A DNA stretch of 64,000 nt from Verrucomicrobiia bacterium (GTDB taxonomy: Bacteria > Verrucomicrobiota > Verrucomicrobiia > Limisphaerales > UBA1319). Numbering within the stretch: position 1 is the stretch's first letter; each line of letters opens with the position of its first letter. Below the pieces are notes generated by a model, which saw nothing but the letters and a program-made list of their open reading frames with translations, had not been told where the DNA came from and ran no database searches. The translations under genes were made by a program, and so were the position numbers. The stretch covers positions 4,992,001 through 5,056,000 of the forward strand of contig OY760937.1 in NCBI GenBank assembly GCA_963664225.1. The letters run 5' to 3'. Positions 21,825 to 31,343 of this stretch are shown here, piece by piece.

Positions 21825-21888
21825 GCATGTGAAATAATCACACATTTATGTTGACGTGAAAATCGATATGTGTGAATATATCACACAT
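21825..21888 (+). promoter_or_regulatory. Twin palindromic operators and promoter of the BlaI-family repressor
   Basis: ATGTGTGA-N5-TCACACAT at 21868-21888, GCATGTGA-N5-TCACACAT at 21825-21845, and TTGACG (-35) at 21851 between them. Confidence 0.8.
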
Positions 21889-22258
21889 GCGAACGAATTC
21901 TCTCAATCAAAACGAGCTGGAGGCGTTGAGAATCCTTTGGGAGGGGGGCGATTTGAAACCGGCTGAAGTCCAGAGCCGTTTTTCGTGGCCGATTGAAAAT
22001 GCTACCCTGCGATCGGTTCTTGTCAACCTGGTGGAAAAAGGCCACATTACCCGGAAGCTCCAGGGAAAGGCATTTTTTTATGGCGCGTGCGTCAAAAAGA
22101 AGACTCTGCTCCAAGACATGATCCAGACGATGGCACGGGTTTTTGCCGGAGGTTCGAGCCAGGAACTGGTGGCGCAATTGGTGGAGACCGGGGACATCAA
22201 GCCGGAGGATCTGGAGTTGATCCGACGCACCGCATCGCAAAAGGGGAAAAGGAAATAA
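21887..22258 (+). CDS. BlaI/MecI/CopY family transcriptional repressor
   Basis: LNQNELEALRILW, TLRSVLVNLVEKG, FAGGS...LVAQLV. Lies upstream of an M56 gene. Confidence 0.92.
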   Translation: MRTNSLNQNELEALRILWEGGDLKPAEVQSRFSWPIENATLRSVLVNLVEKGHITRKLQGKAFFYGACVKKKTLLQDMIQTMARVFAGGSSQELVAQLVETGDIKPEDLELIRRTASQKGKRK

Positions 22259-22260
22259 TT

Positions 22261-25200
22261 ATGAAAGTATTGTTCGAACTTACCCAATCGCCGGTTCTTG
22301 AGATTCTCCTGAAGTGGACGGTGCTGCTCGCGCTGGGATGGGCGGCGCATGGGCTGCTTCTATCCAAAGATGCCCGCTGGCGACTGATTCTGTGGCGCGG
22401 CATTTTCTGCTTCGGGCTTGCGCTGCCCATCGTGCAGTTGTTTCCGGTGTCCGTGGTCCAAATCCCCATTCATGATTATGCGGATAATGCCCCGGTAACA
22501 TCGGCGGCAGGTTCGAGGGGTGCGGCGCGTGACACGATGGAGGTTGGGAAAGAGCGACCGATTATGGCGACAGTTTCTACAAAAGTTGGAACGACTCTGG
22601 ATACTGAGGTCCGTCCAGTTGCCAAAGTTGCCGCAACGATTCCATGGCGGACCATTCTTATCACGATTTGGGCCGTGGGCGGCATTTGCGGGGCGATTCG
22701 GCTGGTGCGATGGATGGTCCAGCTTTCTGTGTTGAAGAGGAATGCCAGGCCGGCTGGCGCGGTAATTACAGAGCTGGCGAGTGAAATATTGCAGCGGTTG
22801 CGGGTCAGGCGAGCCGCCCAGGTGTTGGTATCCGATTCAGCCGTGTCACCGTTTGTTTTCGGAGTGTTCAAGCCCACAATCATGCTTCCCGGCAAACTGG
22901 TGGAGAGCCTTTCTCAAGCAGAGGCAGCAGCTTTATTGGGCCACGAAATCGCGCATCTGAGGCAGAACGATTTATTCTGGTGTGTCGGTTGGCGGTGGAT
23001 GAAGGCTGTGTTTTGGTTTCACCCGTTGGTTTGGAAGATTCCAGCCGCCCACAATCTCGCGTGCGAAGAGGAGGCGGACCGCATGGCGTCCTGCCAGATG
23101 GGAGAACTCGCTTCGTATCCGCGCATACTGGCCCAACTCGCGCTGCGCGTGCTGGACATTCCCAAGGTGGAAACGCAACTCACTGCGAACGGCACTGCAC
23201 AGATCACGCAGCGGCTGCGCCACCTGGGGTTGAATTTGGGCACATGGAAACGAAACCACACCTATGCGGCGTGCGGCATGGTGCTGGCCTTGGTCCTAGT
23301 TTCAGCGGGGTGCAAGTTTACCCAAAACAAGGACGGGGAAAAGGCTGGGAAAAATGTTGCAACCATTGTGCCGGTTACGGGCGCAAACGGGAATACATTC
23401 AAATGGTCTGGCAAGATTATTGACGCAACTGGTAAGCCCGTGGCGGGAGCCACGGTTGAGCATTGGCGCCATGAGGGAGCTTTGTACCTGCCGCACGATC
23501 CGGAATTGAAAAAGCAAACAATGACCGGTGCCGATGGCACGTTTGAATTTCAAGTGTCACACGAATATGGATTTCTGTTGGCTCGAAAGACTGGCATGGC
23601 TCCAGCGTGGCAACTGTTGAGCTACAAGAAGGATTCGGTTCCTGCGACGAAACAAACAATGGTTATGACTCTGCCGGGGACCTTGGCTGGCACGGTGGTA
23701 GACGAATCAAATAAACCAGTCACGAATACCGAAGTTTTCGTGGAGGCGGCTTTTCCTGATACTGCCGGGGTGGATGACAATCGACCTGACAATTATCTCG
23801 AGGGGAAACTGGCACATGATTGCTTTTCCGCTCTCACTGATGCCGCCGGGCGTTTCCGCATCGAGAATTTTCCGACCAACGCCATCGCTGGTTTAGCGAT
23901 CAAGCTCCCTGGCAAAGCTCTGCACCCTGGACCGTTCGAGTTTGCCAATCCCAACACGGCGCGCTACCGCGCAGGTCAAAAAGACATTCAACTGAGAGTG
24001 GAAGAGGTCAGCAGTATCGAAGGCAAAGTCATCTGGGGGGAAACCAATCAAACGTTGCCATTAGTTCTGCTTCAATTACAAGCTGTTGCCTCGCATTATT
24101 TCGCTACAGACGGGCTTCTGCCAGTGCAAGCCAATTCGGACAACACGTTTCGCATTAACGATGTATCTGCCGGTGCTTACCACCTTCAGGCAACGTTTGG
24201 CACCAACGCGACTTCGGATTGGGTCGCGGAACAAGTTACAGTTTCAGTAAAGGCGGGGCAGACAAATCGCGGGTTGGAGGTGATCGCAACACATGGGGGT
24301 ATGCTGGAAGTGGTGGTGCTGGGAAAGAAGGACCACAAACCGCAGTCAGAATTCCACGTCAACGCTTACAAACACAGTTACCAATCCGATGCCACGACCG
24401 ACAGCAACGGTATCGCACGGTTGCGATTAAGTCCGGGTGATTATCAGGTCAGCGCAAACCATCAAACCAACGCAGGGTATCAGCGTTCCGCCAAAGTGGA
24501 GACTGGCAGGACGAATCGCATCGAGATTGAAGTCACGCATCCGAACAAAATCAGCGGAATCGTTCGAATGCCGGACGGCAAACCTGCGGCTGGTGTGGCG
24601 GTGAGAATTATAGGTGGCGAGAATCCCGGGGCACGCGATTTAAAAACGGACGCAAACGGCAAGTTTGAACAGGTCATGAACAAACGAAAGTTTGGATTAA
24701 GTGAAGTCAAGATGTACCTGTTTGTCCGGGACGTGGAGCACAATCTGGCTGTGGCGCAGGAAATTGAGGAGGACAGTGGTCCGTTTGACCTGAAATTGGC
24801 TCCGGCGATGACGTTGGCAGGCCGTGCTGAATCTGGTGGCAGCCTCATACCCAACGTGACCGCCAAGCTAGTGTTTTGGACAGATCAAAACGGTGTGTTT
24901 TTGGAGGGCGTGGCACGGACTAATACTCCAGGGCGATATGAAATCCCCGCGCTTCCACCCGGTGGAAAATACGGCGTGGTGGTCGCGGCACCGGGATATG
25001 GAGAAAAGCATGTTCCCGAGTTTAAGGCGGCCACAAAGGCCATTCGCCAAGAATTGGAAACAGTAGAACTAAAGCCAGCCAATTTAAGACTCGCCGGCCA
25101 GGTTCTCGATGCGGACGACAAGCCGGTTGCGAACTTTTCTGTGAACCTTTCTGGAAGAGAACAACCCTTTACCAGAGTGCGCACAGATCGTGAAGGACGA

Positions 25201-25326
25201 TTCAACTTTGAACATACCTGCGAAGGATTTGCTCTGCTCACAGCTTATTTCAATAACTCCGGTGGCTCTATTGAGGCCAAAGGGGGCGAAACGAAAGTGG
25301 TTTTAAGGGTGAAACCCATGCCTTGA
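22261..25326 (+). CDS. BlaR1/M56 metallopeptidase sensor with repeated carboxypeptidase-regulatory-like beta-sandwich domains
   Basis: TM helices, SPFVFG, HEIAH, FWFHPLVW, EEEAD, repeated GxVxDxxGKPVxxxxV...TDxxGxF motifs. Confidence 0.9.
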   Translation: MKVLFELTQSPVLEILLKWTVLLALGWAAHGLLLSKDARWRLILWRGIFCFGLALPIVQLFPVSVVQIPIHDYADNAPVTSAAGSRGAARDTMEVGKERPIMATVSTKVGTTLDTEVRPVAKVAATIPWRTILITIWAVGGICGAIRLVRWMVQLSVLKRNARPAGAVITELASEILQRLRVRRAAQVLVSDSAVSPFVFGVFKPTIMLPGKLVESLSQAEAAALLGHEIAHLRQNDLFWCVGWRWMKAVFWFHPLVWKIPAAHNLACEEEADRMASCQMGELASYPRILAQLALRVLDIPKVETQLTANGTAQITQRLRHLGLNLGTWKRNHTYAACGMVLALVLVSAGCKFTQNKDGEKAGKNVATIVPVTGANGNTFKWSGKIIDATGKPVAGATVEHWRHEGALYLPHDPELKKQTMTGADGTFEFQVSHEYGFLLARKTGMAPAWQLLSYKKDSVPATKQTMVMTLPGTLAGTVVDESNKPVTNTEVFVEAAFPDTAGVDDNRPDNYLEGKLAHDCFSALTDAAGRFRIENFPTNAIAGLAIKLPGKALHPGPFEFANPNTARYRAGQKDIQLRVEEVSSIEGKVIWGETNQTLPLVLLQLQAVASHYFATDGLLPVQANSDNTFRINDVSAGAYHLQATFGTNATSDWVAEQVTVSVKAGQTNRGLEVIATHGGMLEVVVLGKKDHKPQSEFHVNAYKHSYQSDATTDSNGIARLRLSPGDYQVSANHQTNAGYQRSAKVETGRTNRIEIEVTHPNKISGIVRMPDGKPAAGVAVRIIGGENPGARDLKTDANGKFEQVMNKRKFGLSEVKMYLFVRDVEHNLAVAQEIEEDSGPFDLKLAPAMTLAGRAESGGSLIPNVTAKLVFWTDQNGVFLEGVARTNTPGRYEIPALPPGGKYGVVVAAPGYGEKHVPEFKAATKAIRQELETVELKPANLRLAGQVLDADDKPVANFSVNLSGREQPFTRVRTDREGRFNFEHTCEGFALLTAYFNNSGGSIEAKGGETKVVLRVKPMP

Positions 25327-25465
25327 TATTGTGTTGATCGACTGAACGGTTCGCCCGTTCAGGGGGTGCTGGCTCCAATCACTGAAGCGGGCAGCAGGGG
25401 TTTGCCAAAGAACGGTTCGGTTATGGGCTCATGTGTACCATTAAAAGGTGAGGGGAATGCGGCAG

Positions 25466-25500
25466 GATGGATAATGGACAATTGACAATTGACAATTGAC
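25466..25500 (+). repeat. Heptamer tandem repeat (AATTGAC)n
   Basis: GATGGAT AATGGAC AATTGAC AATTGAC AATTGAC. Confidence 0.85.
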
Positions 25501-25524
25501 CGACTGGTCCCGTCCTAAAATAGG

Positions 25525-25911
25525 TTGTCACTAATGAGACAACAAAACAGTGTTCGAAGGGTGGGGATAAGGTACAGTGAGTCGTTTAAAATGGCTGTGG
25601 TTCGGGAGCTGGAAGAGGGCGAAATGTCCTTTGAGGCGATGCGGCGAAAGTACGGCATAAAGGGCACGGGCACCGTCCAAAAGTGGACTCGCAAGTACGG
25701 CAGGGGCGATTTAGGAAAGGTCATACGCGTGGAAACACCTAAAGAATTCAATGAACGGGATCAAATGAAGAAGCGAATCAAGGCTTTGGAGAAAGCGTTG
25801 GCCGATGCGCACATCGATCTGGCGATCGAGCGTGCCACCATCCAAGTGGCCTGCGAACGGGCGGGGATTAAGGATGTGGCGGAGTTCAAAAAAAAAGTGG
25901 CTGGGAAATAG
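25525..25911 (+). CDS. IS3-family OrfA (HTH plus coiled coil)
   Basis: RYSESFKMAVV...YGI...TVQKW. A9G slippery run at 25888-25897. Start may be ATG 25534. Confidence 0.9.
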   Translation: MSLMRQQNSVRRVGIRYSESFKMAVVRELEEGEMSFEAMRRKYGIKGTGTVQKWTRKYGRGDLGKVIRVETPKEFNERDQMKKRIKALEKALADAHIDLAIERATIQVACERAGIKDVAEFKKKVAGK

Positions 25912-25949
25912 CCCATTGTGCGGTCAGGGGAGGTTCGGCGGATCAGGAG

Positions 25950-26786
25950 GTGCCGGTCAAAGGGGTGTGTCGCCGACTGGGGATGAGCCGCCAGAACTTC
26001 TATGCGGGGCGCACGCGGCGGATGCGCAAGAAAGTGGAGGGCGACCTTGTGGCGGATTTAGTGCGTCAGGAGCGCAGGAAGCATCCACGGATCGGGGCGC
26101 GAAAGCTCCACAGGACGATCAAGCCAGCCCTGGAAAAGGCCGGAGTAAAAATGGGGCGGGACCGCCTGTTTGAAGAGTTGCGAGAGCGGGATTTGCTGGT
26201 GCCGCCGCTGCCCCGGCAATGGCCCCAGACAACCCATTACAATCCCAGTTTGCCGGTGTTTCACAATGAGATCAAGGAACGGGAGGTGAAGCGGGCCAAT
26301 GAGGTTTGGGTGGCGGATATGACCTATGTGCGGACCGACGAGGGTTTTTTATATGTGTCGCTGATCACGGATAAGTATTCGCGCAAGATCGTGGGTTTCC
26401 ATGCCGATGAGACGCTGGAAACCAGGGGGACGCTTGAGGCGTTGGAGATGGCGCTGGCGGCACTGCCCAGGGGATTCAATCCGATCCATCATTCGGATCG
26501 TGGCTGTCAGTATGCCAGTCATGAGTATGTGGATCGGTTGAAGTTGGGCGGCCTGTCCATCAGCATGACGGAGGAGGATCATTGCGCGGAGAATGCGATG
26601 GCCGAACGGGTCAACGGCATCCTAAAGCAGGAGTATGGCATAGGGTATGGATTTAAGACCAAGGCGCTGGCGCGCAAAGTAATCAGTCAGGCTGTCAATC
26701 TCTACAATACGCGCCGATTGCATACGGCATTGAATTACCAGGTGCCCGAGGCCGTTCACATCCGGGGAACCGTCGAGTATAACTAA
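25950..26786 (+). CDS. IS3-family transposase OrfB (DDE/rve)
   Basis: WVADMTYV, DKYSRKIVG, HHSDRGCQY, ENAMAERVNGILKQE, YNTRRLH. Confidence 0.95.
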   Translation: MPVKGVCRRLGMSRQNFYAGRTRRMRKKVEGDLVADLVRQERRKHPRIGARKLHRTIKPALEKAGVKMGRDRLFEELRERDLLVPPLPRQWPQTTHYNPSLPVFHNEIKEREVKRANEVWVADMTYVRTDEGFLYVSLITDKYSRKIVGFHADETLETRGTLEALEMALAALPRGFNPIHHSDRGCQYASHEYVDRLKLGGLSISMTEEDHCAENAMAERVNGILKQEYGIGYGFKTKALARKVISQAVNLYNTRRLHTALNYQVPEAVHIRGTVEYN

Positions 26787-27218
26787 GAAGCCATACCGGC
26801 CTGAGAGGGGAGGGTCCGCGCCACAGTGCCCCTTCGGGTCCACTACGGCATTGGCACTTCGTGCCAAAGCCTCCGTTCCCCCGAAGGGGCACTGCTCTCC
26901 TCCTGAAGGTGTGGGACAGGAGGAAGATTCCCTCCGACCGGAAACCGAAAGAAATAAGACTCAGGAAAAAGTGACAAATTTAAACCAGGACTTGACCGGT
27001 GGTTTGAGTGGTGCCGCCGCGTGGGGTTGGTTCAGGAGGAATATATCAGTTGGAAGGAAAAAAAGGCACGCCCTCATTGGGAGCTGCCACCGCGTCGGAC
27101 TTGATGGCGCACACAGCGGACGGGCGTCCTGGCTGGGTTCGTGCGGTTTTGGCTTTTGCCAGCTTCCTGAATTTTGTCGCGCATCCGGTTTATCCCGGAT
27201 GATCCGGCGGGCGGCGCT

Positions 27219-28379
27219 TCATTGATCCGACTGCGGAACCTTGCCATGGTTTGCCTCCACGGCGCGGGTCATTGTCATGCGATCCTGCACTTCCTTAATC
27301 ATGTAACCAGGCTCCATCCAGAGACCGAAATGAGCGCCGGTGGCGGCTTGTTTCACGTTTGGCTGGGCGATGTTGAAGTTCACGATGCTGTAGAAGACCA
27401 GCAAAGCGGTGAGTGCCACGAGCAATTGTGTTTTTTGTTCCAATAATATTCCGGCGGCCATGAGCGCAAACGGAAGCATTGGGAGCAAATAGGGAATCTC
27501 TGCCGGGGCGACCATGAACATGGCTTCGCAGGGCAGGATTACGCCGACGCACAAGGCGAGAATCGGGAACCAGCGGGAGCGATTATTTGCATTTCGCAGA
27601 AATCCGCAGGCATACCATGCCATCAGGAGCAGGAAAAAGATCGTTGGCAGTCCCCAAAAGTAAATATTTCGGTAACCCCATTTCACCAGTTTCAGGAAGG
27701 GGGTCCATGCCTCCGGATGGATATAGCCGGGCTTCATGAATTTGAGGGTCCAACCAGCAAGAGCGAACGAGGGGAGATAAAAGACGGTGGCGATGGCGAC
27801 TGTGATGAGTCCACATACGATGAACTTGATGCGCGTGCTTTTGTTCACGTAATAAAAATATGCGAGGACGGGAATGACCGTAAGCACGCTGGTGCATCTT
27901 GTGCCGATGGCCAAGGCAAAGAGGACCGCTGCGGTTTTGTGCATTTCCTTAAAGAGCAATGCGGTGCCCCCCAGCAAAAAGCCCAAGGCCCAGACGTAGT
28001 CCATGGTGCAGGCGGCCTGGGACCAAAAAACGGGGTGGAGGATGAGAATGGTGGCGAGCAGGCGGCGATTCTGGATTTCAAATCGATGGCAGATGTAAAT
28101 GAAACTGGCGACGCACAGCAAAGCCATGGCAAGCGTGCCCAGATTGCAGAGCAGGCTTCCCCCCAATTGGTCGAGAAGGAGGGTGACGGCCTCATAGACA
28201 ATGAAACCGGGATTTCTGGAGGGGAGGTATTGGCCGGTTTTGAGAAAGCCACGGCCCGTTTCAAGAACGAGGAAACTGTCGCTGTCGGCCCCATACCCAA
28301 GGAATATGAAAGGGATGTATAGCAAGAAAGCGACCGAACACATTATTAATATATCCGACCTCAATTGCGATTGTTTCAT
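27219..28379 (-). CDS. Polytopic membrane protein, GT-C-fold glycosyltransferase-like
   Basis: About 10 hydrophobic segments, early luminal loop GYGADSD...PG, HPVFW, YLLPMLP. Confidence 0.6.
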   Translation of the reverse strand: MKQSQLRSDILIMCSVAFLLYIPFIFLGYGADSDSFLVLETGRGFLKTGQYLPSRNPGFIVYEAVTLLLDQLGGSLLCNLGTLAMALLCVASFIYICHRFEIQNRRLLATILILHPVFWSQAACTMDYVWALGFLLGGTALLFKEMHKTAAVLFALAIGTRCTSVLTVIPVLAYFYYVNKSTRIKFIVCGLITVAIATVFYLPSFALAGWTLKFMKPGYIHPEAWTPFLKLVKWGYRNIYFWGLPTIFFLLLMAWYACGFLRNANNRSRWFPILALCVGVILPCEAMFMVAPAEIPYLLPMLPFALMAAGILLEQKTQLLVALTALLVFYSIVNFNIAQPNVKQAATGAHFGLWMEPGYMIKEVQDRMTMTRAVEANHGKVPQSDQ

Positions 28380-28548
28380 ATTTGGGAGTCCATCCGACAA
28401 AGGCATTCCCGCGCCCATGTTGAATTAGTGGGGAAGGATTAACCGGCCGCCATGCTGGATTCAAGCAAATAGGACTTTAAAAAGCATCTGAGAATTTGAA
28501 CGAACGGTCCATGACCATTGTGGGGAAATCAGACGGCGGCAGAGTTTG

Positions 28549-28580
28549 AACAAAGAAACGGGCGGCTTGAGGCCGCCCGT
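28549..28580 (-). terminator. Rho-independent terminator of the fumarase operon
   Basis: Minus strand ACGGGCGGC-ctcaa-GCCGCCCGT followed by TTCTTTGTT. Confidence 0.75.
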
Positions 28581-28611
28581 GGTCGCGAGAGATTAATGGA
28601 AAAATTGCCGG

Positions 28612-29184
28612 TTACACGCGTTGCGCCAGCGCGGCGGAGCTTCTGGCCAGAATTTCCTTGTGGAGCGAATTGCCGTGGGAATCCATGGTCACAACGACCG
28701 GAAAGTCCTCGACAACGAGTTCCCAGATGGCTTCCGGTGAACCGAATTCCTTTTCGAAATAGACGTTGCGGACTTTCTTGATGCATTCGGCGAGCACCTG
28801 GGCGGCTCCGCCAATGGCGTGCAAATAAACACAGCCATTTTCCTTGCAGGCCGCGAGGGTGCGGTCACCCATGCCGCCCTTGCCGATGATGCCGCGCAGG
28901 CCGAAATCCTTGATGATCTGGCCCTGGTAGGGTTCTTCGCGGGCGGAAGTGGTCGGCCCGGCGGCGACGACCTTCCAATTACCATTGCCACCCAGAACGA
29001 CAGGGCCGCAATGATAAACAATGGCGTCTTGAAAAGTGACTCCGGCCGGCAATTTGCCACCGTCGTGCAAATATTTGTGCGCGGCATCGCGTCCGGTGAA
29101 GAGGGTGCCGGAAATGAGCACTTCATCGCCCACTTTGAGGGCGCGGATTTTGTCTTCGGTAAATGGAGCGGTAAGATGAATCAT
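28612..29184 (-). CDS. Class I (Fe-S) fumarate hydratase beta subunit (FumA C-terminal/TtdB family)
   Basis: GRDAAHK, YHCGP, AGPTTSAR, IGKGG, GSPEAIW, MDSHGNSLH. Confidence 0.93.
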   Translation of the reverse strand: MIHLTAPFTEDKIRALKVGDEVLISGTLFTGRDAAHKYLHDGGKLPAGVTFQDAIVYHCGPVVLGGNGNWKVVAAGPTTSAREEPYQGQIIKDFGLRGIIGKGGMGDRTLAACKENGCVYLHAIGGAAQVLAECIKKVRNVYFEKEFGSPEAIWELVVEDFPVVVTMDSHGNSLHKEILARSSAALAQRV

Positions 29185-29191
29185 AAGCCTT

Positions 29192-30070
29192 TTAGTATAA
29201 CCATGTTTGGATCTGGCTCTTGGTGTCGAGCGTGATGCCCTGGCGACGGAAGGCCCAACACATATAGCTGATGCTCACAAAATAGGAGGCGGGCACGCGG
29301 TTTATGGCGCAGATTTTCACGCCCAGGAGCGTGGTCCTGCCGCCAAATCCCATCGGGCCGATGCCCAGTTCGTTGCCGGTTTTCAGGATGTCCTGCTCCA
29401 ATTTGTCCAGGTCAGGATTGGCATTGCGATCATCGAGTTTGCGAAGCAACTGCTCCTTGGAAGAGGCAAAGCCGGTTGCCCGGTCTCCGCCGATGCAAAC
29501 GCCCAGAACACCGGGTCCGCAGCCTTTGCCTTGAGCCTGCAAGACGGCGTCCAGAATCGCTTTGCGGCATCCGTCCAGATCGCGGTTGGCCTTGAGTTTT
29601 TCAATGGGCAGGGAGTATTGCCCCCCGACGTTCTCGCAACCGCCGCCTTTGAGGACCAGACGCACCTGGACTTCCGGGGAACGATGCTGGTGAAAGTGAA
29701 ATGTGGGGGCTCCAGGACCCACGTTGGTCCCGTCGTTCTTTCCGGTGAGGGAGTCCACGGAGTTTTGCCGCAAGTAGCCGAGTTTTGTGGCTTCGCTGAC
29801 GGCTGCGCGAGCGGTTTCCTCAAAGAGGATTTGATCGTAATCCTTTGGAACATCGACAAAGAACAACACGCTGCCGGTGTCCTGGCAAATCGGTTGCGAC
29901 TTCGATTTAGCCATTTCAATGTTTTTTTGAATGATGTTTAGCGCAGAACTGGCAATGGTTCCCTTGGTTTCGTTTTCAAGGGATTGCAGCAGCACGCGCT
30001 GAACATCGTCGGGGATTTCCGCCGAAGTGCGCCGGATAAGTTCAATCAATGAGTCTTTCAGGACCGTCAT
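29192..30070 (-). CDS. Class I fumarate hydratase alpha subunit (FumA N-terminal/TtdA family)
   Basis: PICQDTG, LRQNSV, KGGGCEN, GIGPMGFGG, CWAFRR. Confidence 0.93.
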   Translation of the reverse strand: MTVLKDSLIELIRRTSAEIPDDVQRVLLQSLENETKGTIASSALNIIQKNIEMAKSKSQPICQDTGSVLFFVDVPKDYDQILFEETARAAVSEATKLGYLRQNSVDSLTGKNDGTNVGPGAPTFHFHQHRSPEVQVRLVLKGGGCENVGGQYSLPIEKLKANRDLDGCRKAILDAVLQAQGKGCGPGVLGVCIGGDRATGFASSKEQLLRKLDDRNANPDLDKLEQDILKTGNELGIGPMGFGGRTTLLGVKICAINRVPASYFVSISYMCWAFRRQGITLDTKSQIQTWLY

Positions 30071-30080
30071 AAGGCGCGAC

Positions 30081-30109
30081 AAAATAATCGCTTAACGAAC
30101 GGGTGTCAA
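30081..30109 (-). promoter_or_regulatory. Sigma70-type promoter of the fumarase operon
   Basis: Minus strand TTGACA-N17-TATTTT, ending 10 nt before the ATG. Confidence 0.7.
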
Positions 30110-30202
30110 CGCTTTGAGAACAACGATTGATTGGCCCATTGCACAGGGTGAATCAGCGGGGCAGGGTTATCCCTCAGGCGGGGAAGGGGATGGGTCCGGC
30201 GC

Positions 30203-31225
30203 TCAGGCTGCGGCGCGTTTAAGGCGGTCATGGATCGCGCGCCAGGGAGGGGTTTCGGGGGGGATTTCCATGAGGATAAGACTGGCGCCCTGGGTATCGC
30301 AGCGATGCAGTTCGGAATAAAGGCACCGGGCAAAGGCGAGCGGTTCGCGCGGCATGACGCCGATCCGATGCACAGGAATGTTCGGGGGGACGGCGTTGAG
30401 CGCCAGCACATGGATATTGGAGTAAGTGGGTTTGAAACTATCGATGATTTTTTCCAATTCCGGTCCATCGTGCCATTGCGCAATGATCAGCTTTGCCTTG
30501 GGCGCGTAATGCTTCTTTAGCATGCCAGGGCTGCGGAGTTGTCCGGCGGCGGGATGGGAGTCGAGATTTAACTGGCCAATGACCGCAGCGATGGCTTCGG
30601 CATGGATCATGCCCGGACGCAACAATCGCGGCGGGGATTGGGACAGGTCCAAAACGGTGGATTCAATGCCGATCTGGCAGGGGCCGCCGTCGAGAATGAG
30701 TGGAATTTTATCACCCAGGTCCTCCCATACATGCTGGGCCGTGGTAGGGGAAATGCGGTTGGAGGTGTTGGCGCTGGGGGCGGCCAGCGGAAAATCGCAG
30801 GCTTGGATGACGGCTTGCATGACGGGGTGGCCGGGCCAGCGTATGCCGACCGTTGGACCCTGCGCGGTAACGATGTCTGGAATGATGGCTGTTTTGGGCA
30901 AAACGAGGGTTAACGGGCCGGGCCAAAACGCTTTGGCCATTTTTTCAGCCAGCGGAGGCCATGTTGCGACGCATTGGCGGGCCATTTCCAGACTGGCGAC
31001 ATGGACGATGATCGGATTGTGGGTTGGGCGTCCCTTGACTTCGAAGATATGGGCCACCGCCTGCGGATCCAAGGCGTTTGCAGCGAGGCCATAGACCGTT
31101 TCCGTGGGCAAAGCGACGACGTGGCCAGTTTTAAGCAACTGCGAAGCCCGCGCCACAGCGATCCGGAATAAATCCGGTGTTGCGGTGTGGAGCACATTCG
31201 TCATTTTTTGCGATACACTATCCAT
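30203..31225 (-). CDS. sua5: L-threonylcarbamoyladenylate synthase (Sua5-type)
   Basis: PTETVYGL, KGRP..NPIIVH, FWPGPLT, AAPSAN, GIESTV, SPGMLKKHYAP and a Sua5 C-terminal domain. Confidence 0.95.
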   Translation of the reverse strand: MDSVSQKMTNVLHTATPDLFRIAVARASQLLKTGHVVALPTETVYGLAANALDPQAVAHIFEVKGRPTHNPIIVHVASLEMARQCVATWPPLAEKMAKAFWPGPLTLVLPKTAIIPDIVTAQGPTVGIRWPGHPVMQAVIQACDFPLAAPSANTSNRISPTTAQHVWEDLGDKIPLILDGGPCQIGIESTVLDLSQSPPRLLRPGMIHAEAIAAVIGQLNLDSHPAAGQLRSPGMLKKHYAPKAKLIIAQWHDGPELEKIIDSFKPTYSNIHVLALNAVPPNIPVHRIGVMPREPLAFARCLYSELHRCDTQGASLILMEIPPETPPWRAIHDRLKRAAA

Positions 31226-31343
31226 TCGGGCGATTCTTAGCGTTCTGATGCCATCAGTGCAAGGTTTCCACAAAGCCTGCAAAGCGTCGATTTTAGCTAA
31301 ATCAAACTTTTCAGACCGTTGGTATTGGCTTAGTAATGGTTCT

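Larger units (their letters stand above)
25505..26998 (+). mobile_element. IS3-family insertion sequence (about 1.49 kb)
   Basis: Imperfect IRs GGTCCCGTCCTAAAATAGGTTGTCACT and GGTCAAGTCCTGGTTTAAATTTGTCACT, with orfA/orfB inside. No target duplication seen. Ends uncertain by about 1 nt. Confidence 0.88.

Noticed and set aside
20405..26998. Composite transposon carrying the blaI/M56 pair
   Set aside because: The two IS3 elements are unrelated in IRs and transposase, and the first has its own 3-bp duplication, indicating an independent insertion.
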